A DNA stretch of 64,000 nucleotides, from the NCBI GenBank assembly GCA_964016885.1, contig OZ024740.1, positions 427,242,001 through 427,306,000 on the forward strand. Reading direction: 5' to 3'. The translations under genes were made by a program, and so were the position numbers. Of this stretch, positions 26,504 through 40,410 are shown one piece after another. Under the pieces are notes generated by a model. That model searched no databases and was not told the DNA's origin. It saw nothing but the letters and a program-made list of their open reading frames with translations. The stretch is from Eledone cirrhosa. Lineage: Eukaryota. Within the stretch, counting starts at the first letter, position 1. Each line of letters starts with the position of its first letter.

Positions 26504-27813
26504 ATTATATATTCGTGTACAGATATTTTTGCATACACAATAACAAAATATAAACAAACGTATTTATTTCACGAGGCTCGATAAGGATAAATATATATCA
26601 AATATATAATAACCCTAGAGCAAATCCCGAGTAACGCCGGGCCATTCTCCTAGTATAATATAAAAAATAAATGAATTAAAATTACAGAAACAGCAGACGA
26701 TTTTATGCCGTAGTTAAGTGAATGAAGAGTTATTGTAATTAACTGAAATGAGCTAATGTTAATGTCGTCTGCTACGAACACATCAAATGGATGTGCCGCC
26801 ATATTGGCTAATCATTGCAGATAGTTCTTTTGTGATAATTATTGTCTTTACCACACTCGTTACAGTCTCATTGCTGTCTTCTTATCTTCTGCAGCCAATA
26901 CCAGTCTCTTGTTTTATTCACTTAATCACCTTCATCGTGATTACCAGCAGTTGCAGTTTAATACGTTCTTACTATTACTATGGAGAACACCGCATACTTT
27001 ACACTCACAACTATTCTCTCTACTACTCATCCGTCACCACCAACAGCAACTCCATCAACAACAACAATAATCAATACTCCACGAACACAAACATTCTCAT
27101 CACCACTGAATCAACGAAGAAGCCACTCCATAGTCGCTCGACCTATTAAACATCACTGTCAAATCTCCCTCAAATCACTGTCATTGTTGGTAACATTGTC
27201 CTAGATATATATCTTTGAAACGATGAAATAAGTGGGATATTTTGAGCAGGATTCACCTGCGAATAAGCCAGAAACACAGTATCAACAATATTACACGCAC
27301 AGCCACGATCCTCATCATCACTATTACCATTAACACGAACCAATGTGAAGGCATTTTTATAGTCACAGGACATGCTAGAAATAACTCCGAAGTCTCCCTC
27401 AAATCACACTCTGTTACAATGGCTCCCGAACTATGGGGTATTATGCTTTAAAAAATATCTAATTTGTAAATATATAATTTGATGTGTTTAAAAATCTATA
27501 AAAGTATTTCTACATCTTGAAAATATGTGGGTTATTCATATTTTTATAATAAACATATATTTGATAAATACAAAAACATAATAATCATTTTCTATATTTT
27601 CTTAAACTTTTTAAGTTTATAATATTTTGTTTGGCAAACATACCTTCTGAAGTGCACCATTGATTTCTTTCTCATTTATTTCCGATGTACCATGAAATGA
27701 AAACGATGGGAACGCCTCTGGCCTTGAAAGAAAAAAGTACTTATCCAGCCATACATCCTTACATACATGTAAAGAAACATACATACATACACACATAAAT
27801 ACATACATATATA

Positions 27814-28022
27814 CATGGTGGCTGCCAACTCGTTTTCGAGTACGGCCACTACTTTATATCCATGTAGGAGAACCCCTACCGATGCGCTGAACAAGTGTGA
27901 CTTTTTAGTCCAGCCAGCGACTTGAAAACTCTGGTACAAACACTACACTTGTGACAATTATTGACACATAGTGCTGGGCCCATGGTACCATGTGACAACA
28001 AGTGCAGAGAGATCTCCAGATA
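27814..28022 (+). mobile_element. non-coding interspersed element family C (short copy)
   Basis: Near-identical to 32283-32490 and to the reverse complement of ~47550-47760; starts CATGGTGG after (TACA)n. Strand assigned by convention. Confidence 0.8.
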
Positions 28023-28046
28023 TACATACATACATACATACATACA

Positions 28047-31000
28047 GTCAACGCGATCAGTCGCACATTTCGGCGTCGGAGACTATTCATTAAATTTAAG
28101 ATGAATACTATCTCCGAGAGTAATGCCACAACTACCAGTCATGTTGAATAACTGGATTTTCTTCTAACTATATCCACGGAAGACACCTTTTATTCGAATT
28201 CGTAGAGATATCCGACTAAATACATAATTCATTTTACAAGGATTTGCTACAAACAGCATGGCTGAACACAACATCAACAACAACATCAGTGGAATACCGA
28301 AGTAAAACGAGATAGGTAAACAAAATGTATTCAGTTGTAGCTACAGAAGAAACCGAAATTATAAATCGCATTTCTCTTGGAGTTGCGAACTTAATGATGA
28401 TTTGTTTAATTGTTATAAAATGGCAAAAACAATCCCTCCAGAATGAAGCTACACTGGGACAAAATACACCCAGAGCTAAATCACTTCACCGCGAAACAAT
28501 CACGCCAACAAGCGACGTTTGTTGCGCGTAAAAATAAGATAAATAGTATTAATTGTAAGTCCCCCACAACAAACATGGGATCAACAACACGTGCTACACG
28601 TCGCCAAGCTTCTAGACTTCCTAGTAGCCAGGTCGAACAGTGCCTTGAAATAACTATGCCTGTAAGAAACTTGACACCACCTGTACCATCTAAATCTACC
28701 TCGAATGCTGGGGAAAACACTATCGATAATAATAATGATCGAAGAAATAATAATAATGATCGAAGAAATAATAATAATAATCGAAGAAATAATCATAATG
28801 ATCGAAGAAATAATAATAATAATCGAAGACATTTGACACCACGTGTACCATCCTAGTCTACCTGGACTATTGTGGAAAATACTATCGATAATGATAATAA
28901 TCAAAAGTATAAACAATTGAAAATTTCCCTCAACGAAATCTTCCAGAAAGAAATTAATTCATGTATAAACATTTCTCTTGCTGAACGTATTAAAACAACA
29001 ATATTTAATAATAAAAAAACAAATAATGAAATACTACGTGTTATTGACGAAATAGGGGATGAATATTTACAACGGATAAAAAACCCAACATTTTGGCAAA
29101 TCAACGCCTGTTTATATGCCTTAGCAACGACAGTGAAGCATTATCTTGGTGATAGCATAGATATTAACAAGAACTAAACACCACCAAAAATACCATCATA
29201 TATAACTAAAATAGAAAAAAAGATTGCTGACCTATGAAAAACCATAGGACATGTGACAATGCTCCTTACATGGAAACAAACACAAAAAAACTTCACTCTT
29301 CACCAACAAAGAGTGAAAAATAAAATAGAGACGATGTTTGGTAACAGTAGAACCAGAACTCTTCAATATAAGCTGATCACCCTCAAACAAGAATTGATAG
29401 CTGTAGGCGAAAAACGCCGATACCTGAAAAAGGTAGATGAGAGAAAAGTGCTTAATAACAGATTCAGACGAAACCAAACATCAGTCTATAGAGATATGAA
29501 GGGCAAACATAATGTGTCACTGAGGCCCCATCCCAGAAAGACATAGATTCCTTTTGGAGAAAAATATGGGGTGAAAAGAAGAATTTCAACCAAGATGCAG
29601 TGTGGCTAAGAGAAATCCAAAAGAACTATTGCTCCTACACTACAACAAAAAGATACGAAATAAATGAGGGTACTCTTGAGACTGTGATAGGAAAACTCCA
29701 AGATAAGAAAACACCAGGAAGAGACATGATTGTCGGCTACTGGTACTGATATTTTATCGGAGGTATCTTACGAACCTCTCCCAACAAGTTCTTAAGGGAG
29801 ATACACTTATACCAGAATGGTTGACATTAGCACAAACATTACTGGTCCCCAAGAACAAAGACACCCACTTGGCAAAAAACTACCGACCCATTGCATGCTA
29901 GAACCTGATGTATAAGATGTATACAGCCTGCTTGAAACTATTCCTCCAAGATCACTGTGAAAATAATAACATCATCACAGATGAACAAGCAGCTGGAAAG
30001 AAAGGGGTTTGGGGATGTGCTGAACAACTCCTAATCAACAAAACTGCGATGTCGGAGGTGCGACAACTTATGAGGAATATGACTACAGTCTGGCTGGACT
30101 ACAGGAAAGCTTTTGATTCTGTTTCCCACTCTTGGATGATAGAGGCCCTCCGACTTGCTAAAGTCCCAGACATTATTATCAGAGGCTGTCTTCTTCTTGG
30201 GCTACTATCCTAAGGTTAAAGACAGAGAAGGAGGACTCTATTTTCACTGATAAAGTAAAATATCGCAGGGGTATATTTCAGGGAGACAGTCTCTCTGTGA
30301 TATTATTTAGCCTGTCATTAAACCCCTTGTCCTTTCTGCTCAAGAAATGTGAAGGATACATCACTGGTTCACAGAAGGACAGAAATACGAACCTACCCCA
30401 TAATTTCTTTGTGGATGATCTGAAACTCTGTGCCAAGAACATGGATGGGATGAAGAAAAATCTTGACCTGGTTACAACATTCTCAAAAGATATAAGAATG
30501 GAGTTTGGGCAAGATAAATGTTCATATATGACTGTAAAGCGGGGAAAAACAACCCAATCTAGCAACATTTGTATCAATGGCCTAACTGTTTCACCTGATG
30601 AGGACTGCTACAGATACCTGGGGATAGATGAAAACATATCCTATAATGGTATCTGTAATAAGGAACGCGTAACCAGGGTATACTACACCCGATTAAGAAA
30701 GATCTGGTCATCGGAACTCTCTGCGCAAAACAAAACAGTGGCTCACAATGTGTTTGCTGTGCCTGTCCTAACACCAACTCTTGGAATACTCAATTGGACG
30801 ATAGACGAAATCCGAGCGATTGATGTTACAATTCGAAAAATAATAAACAACACATGAAACTTCCACATCAACAGTGACATAGACCGCCTTTACTTGAAAC
30901 GTAAGCAGGGAGGCAGAGGCCTAACATCAGTCCAGACAGCATTTGAATGTCGCATCATATCCCTCCGACAACACCTACGAACCTCAAGGCGTAGGAGACC

Positions 31001-32200
31001 GTCTCTCGAGCAAGTCTATCTGCATGAAACAGATAGGATCATCAGAGTTGGGAAGGAACTCCTCGAAAGATATTCCCTGTGTGATAATCAAAAACTCACA
31101 CCCAGGGAGGTCGCTCAGCAGTATCGCAGTGAATCCATGGATGAAAAACTGCATGCTTATCAGCAAAAAAATCATGCATGAATATGTTGCCAGGAAGCTC
31201 CAGAGTGAGAGTAATATAGATAAAGACAGAATTCTATCTTAACCCAACAACCGCTATATTGGCTCCCACTTTGAAGGATACGCTTTTGTAATCCAAGAAC
31301 AAGAAATCAACACGAAATACCTGATTTACAAAAGAGATAGGGATGCAGGCAAAACACCTAGATGTGATAACAAGTGCAGACTCTGCAGAACTAACATCGA
31401 AGATATCACCCATGTCATCAGCAGCTGTCCAAAGATGTCATCGCGGTACTATCTAGCTATGAGGCATGACACCTATGAGGCCAAACCACTGTACGATGCA
31501 ATCCGTAGAAAAGATAGCCTCGATAATAAATACATTAAAAGCTACAGCAATGTGGAAGGCATACATATATACCGTACATAAAATGAAAGAGTACTGGTGG
31601 AATGTTCCAGTAAAAACCCCCATAAAATGCAGGCATAACAGACCAGATATTATGATATGGGACAGGGAAAAGAAGGCATGCACAGTAGTGGAAGTTAGCT
31701 GCCCAGCAGATGCCAATATAATATCAAAGATTAGTGAAAAGGAGAATATCTATGCAGAACTGATGAGAAATCTGTAGATACTCCACCCTGATTACACCTT
31801 CAGATTTATGCCTGTGACTATTGGGACACTGGGATATGTTAGTAACTCCCTCAATACAAATCTTGAGAAGCTGGGCTTCACAGAAACAGAAAGAACACAA
31901 CTAGTTAGGAAATTACAAGTACAATCCATTAATGGAACAGTAAAAATATGTAAAACATTCCAAAAATGTTGCATCTAATAACTGCATATACACATGTACA
32001 TATACTAAGCATATGCACATGCACACATACAACTCAAAACATACACATCCATACATACAATAACATCCATATCTACACATGCATGCAGACATGCATATCT
32101 ACCTAGTTGATGTGTAAATTCCAATGAGAGAGTCTTGTGTCTATGTTAGAATCCGATTCTCTCTCTATTGGTAAAAATTTGTGAAATTATAAAACCAGAA
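28047..32200 (+). mobile_element. decayed R4-clade RT-RLE non-LTR retrotransposon bounded by (CATA)n
   Basis: Fragmented ORFs with YRPIAC, WLDYRKAFDSV, GIFQGDSLS, FFVDDLK, GGRGL, CRLC..E...H..SSC, RHD, RPDIMIWD..VEVSCP; many stops and frameshifts; (TACA)n at 28023-28046 and from 32201. Confidence 0.88.
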
Positions 32201-32282
32201 CATACATACACACATATATAAATACATATACACATACATACATACATACATGCATACACACACACATACACATACATATATA

Positions 32283-32617
32283 CATGGTGGCTGCCAACTC
32301 GTTTTCGAGTACGGCCACTACTTTATATCCATGTAGGAGAACCCCTACCGATGCGCTGAACGAGTGTGACTTTTTAGTCCAGCCAGACTTGAAAACTCTG
32401 GTACAAACACTACACTTGCGACAATTATTGACACATGGTGCTGGGCCCATGGTACCATGTGACGACAAGTGCAGAGAGATCTCCAGATATAAAGCAATGC
32501 CTGTGCCGTGAAGCTTTTATAGTGAGCAAAGGCACTGCACAAAGCCAGTCCCACTCTCTTAACCAAGATGATATTTACCAAAAAGAAGAACAAGTCAACA
32601 TCATTGGATACCATCAG
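32283..32617 (+). mobile_element. non-coding interspersed element family C
   Basis: See 27814; flanked by (CATA)n on both sides. Confidence 0.8.
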
Positions 32618-32730
32618 AGTTGCATACATACATACATACATACATACATACATACATACATACATACATACATACATGCATACATACATACATACATACA
32701 TACATACATACATACATACATACATACATA

Positions 32731-33020
32731 ATTGGTTCACAGGAGATCAGATATAATATAACACGTAGCTTCTTTGTGGACGATCTGAAAGTGTATGCCA
32801 AGAATCTAAATAGCATAAACAAAAACCTTTGCCTGGATACGACATTCGCGAAATATATAGGGATGGAAATTGGCCAGGATAAATGTTACTATATGATTGT
32901 AAAGGGAGAGAAAACTACAAATCAATCTCCAATCTAGCAGCAACTCTATCAATGACCTGGTTGCTTTACCAGTATCAGACAAGTAAGGCTACAGATACTT
33001 ATGGTGTGATGGAAATATAA
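32731..33020 (+). pseudogene. RT fragment paralogous to ~30364-30640
   Basis: GSQ..N....FFVDDLKVYAKN...TTFAKYIGMEIGQDKC aligns with the RT of the 28-32 kb element; begins right after (CATA)n. Confidence 0.8.
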
Positions 33021-33477
33021 CCTCTTTTTCTTTAAGCAGACCTATAAACATGAACTGCAGCCATGATCGTATATTCCCGAATTATTTCTTTTTTTTGTGG
33101 TTGTTTTGTATATGTTCGAAGATGATTTCACAAATATTTTGAATGACCCCTGAGTGTCTTTATGATTACTTCTGTTTAAACCTTGATCAGCCCTGACCGA
33201 GAAGACCTAAGTTCAAAGATATGCCGCCTCTAACCATATAATTTTGATTCAAATTATTCTGCATCCTGGACTACAGTTTCCCAATGTTTTCCACCATTTT
33301 TACGACAGTAATATTATTATATGAGGAAGATATGGCTTCTATTTTTAGGACATCGAGCACCTATCTACACAGAGGCCCTGTCGTCGGTTTGTGTGGCGTT
33401 ATTACATGTTTAAATGGAATACGGGAGTTGAATTTTTGAGAAGTTGTATTTGATTGTGTGAGCATCAATCTCGGTGA

Positions 33478-33550
<73 letters not shown>

Positions 33551-33723
33551 CATTTATTTATTTATTTATTTATTAAAAGATTGCGTTTTAACGCATCACT
33601 GATTCCTCGTTATCTATAAGTATATAATCTGATCCGCATGACGATCGAGTGCTCAAACGGCATACTGTCTACGGATGCATTTATTGCAACCTTAAAACAA
33701 CTATATATATATATATACATATA

Positions 33724-33770
<47 letters not shown>

Positions 33771-33839
33771 TATGAAGAGAGAAGAAACATTTAGATATAA
33801 TTAGTAATAAAATGTATCATACCTAAACTGCTCCTAGAT

Positions 33840-33927
33840 TCCTCGACTACGTAGTTTCGTGGCATAAACAAAAACAATACATCATAAAGATATAGTCTTT
33901 GCGAGGTCTGCCGACTTATCAAGAGGA
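33840..33927 (-). ncRNA. type I hammerhead ribozyme, U3/A8 variant with extended stem II
   Basis: UCCUC UUGAUAA GUcGGCA..(long loop)..UGCCAC GAAA CUACGUAG UC GAGGA; 5-bp stem I, palindromic stem III. Confidence 0.82.
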
Positions 33928-34967
33928 TACCTCATTTTACTAGCTTCAAGAACGCGTCTACACGACGTGAGAAAGAATCCCAAAAGGCGGAGGGGGAGAT
34001 AGTCACGCGATGTAACGGTCGAGAAACAGAGCTAAGCCTCTTATAACCCCGAAGAAAATACCACGGAGGCGGAGGGGGTATTTATATCGAAGCCGTAGAA
34101 GAGGTGGTGAAGGAGGCGAGAAGTATGAGTAATGGCAGCTTTCCAGCAGTCACCACACTTCAAAGATTACTCGACCAGAGGGAGTTATTAATATATTTAG
34201 AAACACACAGATACATGCGGACACACACATATACATGAATGCATCCACACCCAACCGTGAGTTAATGGTGCCAACCTCACCGATGTTGCTCAATGAATGA
34301 CTGGGACAGACCAATCCGGTTGAATCAGACTGAACCAGTATCAGAGTTAAAAATACATTATGAAGAGAGAAGAAACATTTAGATATAATTAGTAATAAAT
34401 GTTTCTTCTCTCTTCATAATGTAGAGAGAAGAAACATTTAGATATAATTAGTAATAAATGTTTCTTCTCTCTTCATTATGAAGAGAGAATAAACATTTAG
34501 ATATAATTAGTAATAAATGTTTCTTCTCTCTTCATAATGTATTTTTAACTCTGATACTGGTTCAGTCTGATTCAACCGGATTGGTCTGTCCCAGTCATTC
34601 ATTGAGCAACATCGGTGAGGTTGGCACCATTAACTCACGGTTGGGTGTGGATGCATTCATGTATATGTGTGTGTCCGCATGTATCTGTGTGTTTCTAAAT
34701 ATATTAATAACTCCCTCTGGTCGAGTAATCTTTGAAGTGTGGTGACTGCTGGAAAGCTGCCATTACTCATACTTCTCGCCTCCTTCACCACCTCTTCTAC
34801 GGCTTCGATATAAATACCCCCTCCGCCTCCGTGGTATTTTCTTCGGGGTTATAAGAGGCTTAGCTCTGTTTCTCGACCGTTATATCGCGTGACTATCTCC
34901 CCCTCCGCCTTTTGGGATTCTTTCTCACGTCGTGTAGACGCGTTCTTGAAGCTAGTAAAATGAGGTC

Positions 34968-35057
34968 TCCTCTTCATAAGTCGGCAGACCTCGCAAAGAC
35001 TCTATATCTTTATGATGTATTGTTTTTGTTTATGCCACGAAACTACGTAGTCGAGGA
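34968..35057 (+). ncRNA. hammerhead copy with core mutation (UUCAUAA, G5 lost)
   Basis: Inverted copy of 33840-33927. Confidence 0.65.
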
Positions 35058-35288
35058 ATCTAGGAGCAGTTTAGGTATGATACATTTTATTACTAATTAT
35101 ATCTAAATGTTTCTTCTCTCTTCATAATGTATTTTTAACTCTGATACTGGTTCAGTCTGATTCAACCGGATTGGTCTGTCCCAGTCATTCATTGAGCAAC
35201 ATCGGTGAGGTTGGCACCATTAACTCACGGTTGGATGTGGATGCATTCATGTATATGTGTGTGTCCGCATGTATCTGTGTGTTTCTAA

Positions 35289-35347
<59 letters not shown>

Positions 35348-35961
35348 GTATTTTTGAAAAATGTGTATTTGAAACTATTCTCATACACAAGCGTTTGTTT
35401 ATGGAATACTCTGTTATGAGTTTCTGCAACCATATGTGCAGGCATGTGATATGTTGTTTTGGTGAGTTCTAGTCATGTCTATCTCGTATCTTTATACCAG
35501 GAGACAATATTTTCCCATACATTTGCTTGTTTGTTTTTTTTGTCATGAACATGGTTTGTATGTATTTACTTATTCATTATATGTATCTGCCATGTTCTCA
35601 GTATATGTGTGTATGCGCGTGTACATGCTTTTGAGGGTGAGTTTGTGTTTATTTGTTGGTGTGTTATGGTTGCATTTAATGAAGGTCTGTGATAGAATAT
35701 CTGCGTGTCAGACCATGTGCATGAGAACGAATATATTCGAGGATGTATGATGGCGTGTTTACGTATATATATGCTATGTTTAAGCGTGACTGCCTCTGTG
35801 TATGGGCAAGTACATGTGTGACTGTGTATGTGAATGATTTACGATTGTGTGTGATCGTTTGTACCTCAATGTTAGCGCGCGCAATTTGAATGTATATGTG
35901 CATATAACTTTGTATGAGTATGTGTGTCCGTATATATGTGTGCAAACGTGCATATGTATAC

Positions 35962-36035
<74 letters not shown>

Positions 36036-36723
36036 CTGTATATAACTTTGCATGAGTATATGTATGCAAAAGTGCATATGTATATATATATATATATATA
36101 TGTGTATGTGTCTGCACGTACGCACATTTGTGTATGAGTGTGGGTAGATGTGTGTGCGTGATTCTGCGTGTGTAAATGCTGTTGACGTCCACCCCCACAC
36201 AATGCCACTCATCGCCCACATTGCCTTTCTATGACACCCGAACTCGTCACCTTTAACATCGACAACTGCCTCCATCGCCCCCTACACCTTATATATCGTA
36301 CACACGCCAACATATGACCCCCATCCTACCTCACACGTCTATCTCTTTCTGCCATTGTCTATCCAGTGGTTTCAAACTCAGACATTTAATTTTTCTTCGT
36401 TTCTTTCTGTCCCCAGTAATCACATTGTTTCTCATACTCCCACGACTACTCTCTTAGATATCTTACCATCTTTCTTTCTCTCTCATCCCTCTATAATCTC
36501 TACATGTAACCCACTCTCTGCCCACAACAACTGACAGCATCAGCCCCTACTGAACCTTCGTTCAGATATATCTATGCACACCCATCTAATTTTACTGTGT
36601 GCGTGTGTTTATGGGAGTAGGGCACCAGTGTATGCGTGGCGCACGTGTTTGAGTGTGTATGTGTGTGTATATGTATACACACTCGCACACACATTTATAT
36701 AAATACTTACACACGCATACACG

Positions 36724-36811
<88 letters not shown>

Positions 36812-36907
36812 TATATATATACAAAAATATAATTATATATATATATATAAATGAAGTATTTCCGTTGGAAATGTACGGGAAAAAAGAGTGCTCTATATAT
36901 ATATATG

Positions 36908-36996
<89 letters not shown>

Positions 36997-36997
36997 G

Positions 36998-37034
<37 letters not shown>

Positions 37035-37146
37035 AATGATATACATATATAATAGATATTACATATTACGTATATATAGAGAAAAAATAGTTGACGGAAA
37101 GGAATCTGTGGATAAATATAAAAATATATAACCAACTGATTAAATA

Positions 37147-37325
37147 ACTGTTTCTACTTTAGGCACAAGGCCAGCAAATTACCAGTGTATTACTGGTACT
37201 TTATTTTATCGACCCCGTAAGGATGAAAGGCAAAGTCAACCTCGGCGGGATTTGAACTCAGATCGTAAAGGGAATTAACTATACTGGAAGCATGGCGTCC
37301 GACCCTCTACCGATACTGCCAACTG
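37147..37325 (-). mobile_element. SINE family A
   Basis: Reverse complement of the family A consensus. Confidence 0.88.
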
Positions 37326-37508
37326 ATTAAATAACGTAGCTAAATAAATACTTAATTAATTTTGAGTTTAAAATAAATTGCAATATGTTAGCCTAGGGTT
37401 AACTAATGCCTTCTGGGTAGAACTTGGTAAACGATAACTGCAGAAGCTTGTTGTATGTATATATATAGTAAGAGTGAGAAAGAGAGGGGGGAGAGGTACA
37501 TACATACT

Positions 37509-37651
<143 letters not shown>

Positions 37652-38152
37652 TTAAATATAATGTGGTGTGTACATGTGTGTGTGAGTGTGCGTGTTTACC
37701 ATTGTGTGTGTTTTTATGTCTCGGTTTGACAGAACAAATGGTTCGATAAAATAAATTGATTATATATATATATATATATATATACATATATATGTGTGTG
37801 TGTGTGTGTGTGTGTTTGTGTGTGGAGTGTGTGTGTGTATATGTGTATATGTGTAAATGTGTATGTTTGCCTTTTAAATGAATTTAATAAGGCATTATTT
37901 TACAAATTAAATATAATTATTTCATTTCATTCAGTTCCCACAATAAATTGTATATACGGGTGATATTCCGGCGTACAACAGCGCATGCGTACTTGAAAAT
38001 TACAGGGCGTCAGATATTCTTCAAACGTTCTATGTCGTTTAAAGTTGTCCTATCATCATCGCAGACTTCTTCATTTACCAAAATCTTGTATAACTAAGAG
38101 ATTAAAATTCCCTAATATGTTTTACTTTATAATATAGTGTTGATATAATAGA

Positions 38153-38310
38153 GTTTCTACTTTTGGCACAAGGCCAGCGATTACCCCAGGGCATCACTGG
38201 TACTTCATTTTATCGACCTCGTAAGGATGAAAGGCAAAGTTAACCTCGGCGGATCTGAATTCAGAACGCAAAGGGGTGTTACTACGCTGCAAGGACATGC
38301 TTTGAGGTGA
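38153..38310 (-). mobile_element. SINE family A (diverged)
   Basis: Body and tail motifs present. Confidence 0.75.
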
Positions 38311-38864
38311 AGTAAGAGGATCACGTCGAAATTCCTGAATGTAAGTATATATGGTTCCATAACTCCCGAGGGAATCGTAGGGACGGCGCATTGACGTACG
38401 ACGTTACTAGATTATTTTTTAACCTGACAGCGCCCATCCCTTTTCCAGGTCTGAATATAGCAGATTTCTTCCAGAGAAGGATAAAGTGTGGGAGACTGGA
38501 AGTGAGAAAGAAATATAGAGGAAAAATCATTACCAGTATTAAACATACTTTTATCGACCGTGAATTGATAAAAGGCAAAGTTGACGTTGGCAGGATCTGA
38601 ACTGAGGGAGCACACCACTGAAACGAATGCCACCACACATTCTCTCCGACATTCTAACGACTCAATTCGCCGCCTAATTCCTGTATAAAGAATGGTAAAA
38701 CAAGAAATTGCCTGTTAAGGTAGTGAAACTTTGTCGTCACCGACCTTGTCTTTGTTGTTTAACCGCTTATCAAATCAGTTTAGACAGTCCTTTGGCCAAA
38801 AAACACTCCACCTTTGATGATTTTGTTGGCATAGCGCATCTAAGACTACATTATCTAATTGAAA

Positions 38865-39052
38865 GGGCGATGGATTGGCAGTATCGGTAGAGAGTCGGAC
38901 GCCATGCTGTGAAGCATATAGTTACGCCCCTTTATGATCTGAGTTCAAATCCCGTCGAGGTTAACTTTGTCTTTCATCCTACGGGGTCGATAAAATAAAG
39001 TACCAGTAATGTACCGGGTAATTGCTAGCCTTTTGCCAAAAGTAGAAACAAT
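38865..39052 (+). mobile_element. SINE family A with TSD
   Basis: ATTATCTAAT at 38850-38859 and 39051-39060. Confidence 0.88.
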
Positions 39053-39729
39053 TATCTAATGTGTGAATGGTTATTATATATTATTTTTTTTTTTTAAGCA
39101 GTTGAGTAAAATTTGAGGTAAATGTGTATGTCAATTATATGAGGTGAAGTGGTACTGGAAAGATCCCTTCTTTCAATTACCGCTTTTTCAGCAAATAGTA
39201 AACCCATAATTATAGCAACATAAGGTCAAAAGAACAGAGAATATCATCGATATATATTGCAGTCAACAAACAAATCACTGCATGCTGCAATATTACGGGG
39301 GCGTTCCTTAGAAAGCTCGTGTCATTATTCGGCGCCAGATGGCACCACTGCAGAATGTCTGTCACATGGGCGTAACCAAGGAGACACTATAGTTTTACGC
39401 AGAAGAAACATACAACTAATTTGTATTAATTAGCCAAGTTATAATCTTATTTAGCCCCTCCACCACCACCACTCCACGCCCCCAAATATCACTTTTCCCA
39501 GTGGATTTTAAATGTTATCTCGCTTTCAGGAACAATTATTTTTTTAATATAAATATTTCAAATCGAACTCTGAACTATAAAGTTCTTTACTGTTAACTTC
39601 ATTTAGCCCCATTCTTTGATATTCTAAAAAAACTGCCGCAATTTGTGGCACACATATAATTGCAAACACAAAAACGCACTCTCTCTCTCTCTCTCTCTGA
39701 CACACACACACACATATATATATAATAAA

Positions 39730-39938
39730 GGATCGATCGACTTTCGTCAAGTCGGACCGAGGAAACAATGTTTCCGTCGGTCTTTCCAGTTGCTAATACT
39801 ATCTATCGGTTGCAACTCGAGGTAGAAGGAGCAATGTGAAATAAAGTGTCTTGCTGAAGAACATAACGTATCGCCCGGTCCAGGAATCGAACTCACAACC
39901 TCAGGGTTGGTAATCCAATTCTCTAACCACTCAGCCAT
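39730..39938 (-). mobile_element. tRNA-derived SINE family B
   Basis: TGGCTGAGTGGTTAGA A box and GTTCGATTCC B box on the minus strand; second copy at 58650-58858. Confidence 0.8.
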
Positions 39939-40084
39939 ATACATATGTGTGTGTGTGTATACATACAATCACACATATAGACACATTAATGTGTGTGTGT
40001 TCGTAAGTGTATATATTAATTTAAAGTAATATATAATTACGTGTATACGCATATTTGTACGTATGTGGATACATGTGTAAATGT

Positions 40085-40310
40085 CTGTTGAGAAGGCGTT
40101 TCCCCGGATTATGGTAAGGGAGACGCATTGGAATAGCCTTTCCAACTCGCGATAGTCACACCTGCGGGTAGCCAACTCTGTGCCGATGTTTGTGAGTAGT
40201 GAGGTGGTTCTAGAGCCAAGGATACTAGAAGTCTCCAATACTACGGGCTCGACTGAAAACCTGTCAGAGAGCGATCGATTTGAATGTGTGGATATTATCG
40301 GGTGCAAAGA
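40085..40310 (-). pseudogene. 3' fragment of a CRE-like RLE retrotransposon
   Basis: PVVLETSSILG..T..L..IG..LA...RE...LFQ..SL.I.RGNA resembles the CRE-clade endonuclease C-terminus. Confidence 0.65.
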
Positions 40311-40410
40311 ACAAGCGGAGATCTATGTGTATATAATGTATATAATCAAATACTGATTTCTAATATTGTTACATACAAACACTGTCTGATGTGTGTCAAA
40401 AGGTCTAGAG

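Larger units (their letters stand above)
33771..35292. mobile_element. Fold-back insertion of a non-coding ~590-nt hammerhead-containing tandem unit (retrozyme/PLE-like)
   Basis: Minus arm 33771-34400 (period 588), plus arm 34518-35292 (period 590); (TA)n at both outer ends; no credible ORF. Confidence 0.8.

Noticed and set aside
27170-27373. Possible host exon on the minus strand (acceptor-like TTATTCGCAG at ~27258)
   Set aside because: No recognisable protein similarity or matching donor site; needs RNA-seq.
27814-32490. Family C copies as LTRs or a giant TSD of the 28-32 kb element
   Set aside because: A third independent copy lies at 47 kb, the lengths differ, and the enclosed element is a non-LTR type.
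33630-33680. Hammerhead-like motif shared with ~58580-58615
   Set aside because: Both copies lack G12 (CTCAAACGG) and the core is incomplete; a repeat family, but the ribozyme is not supported.
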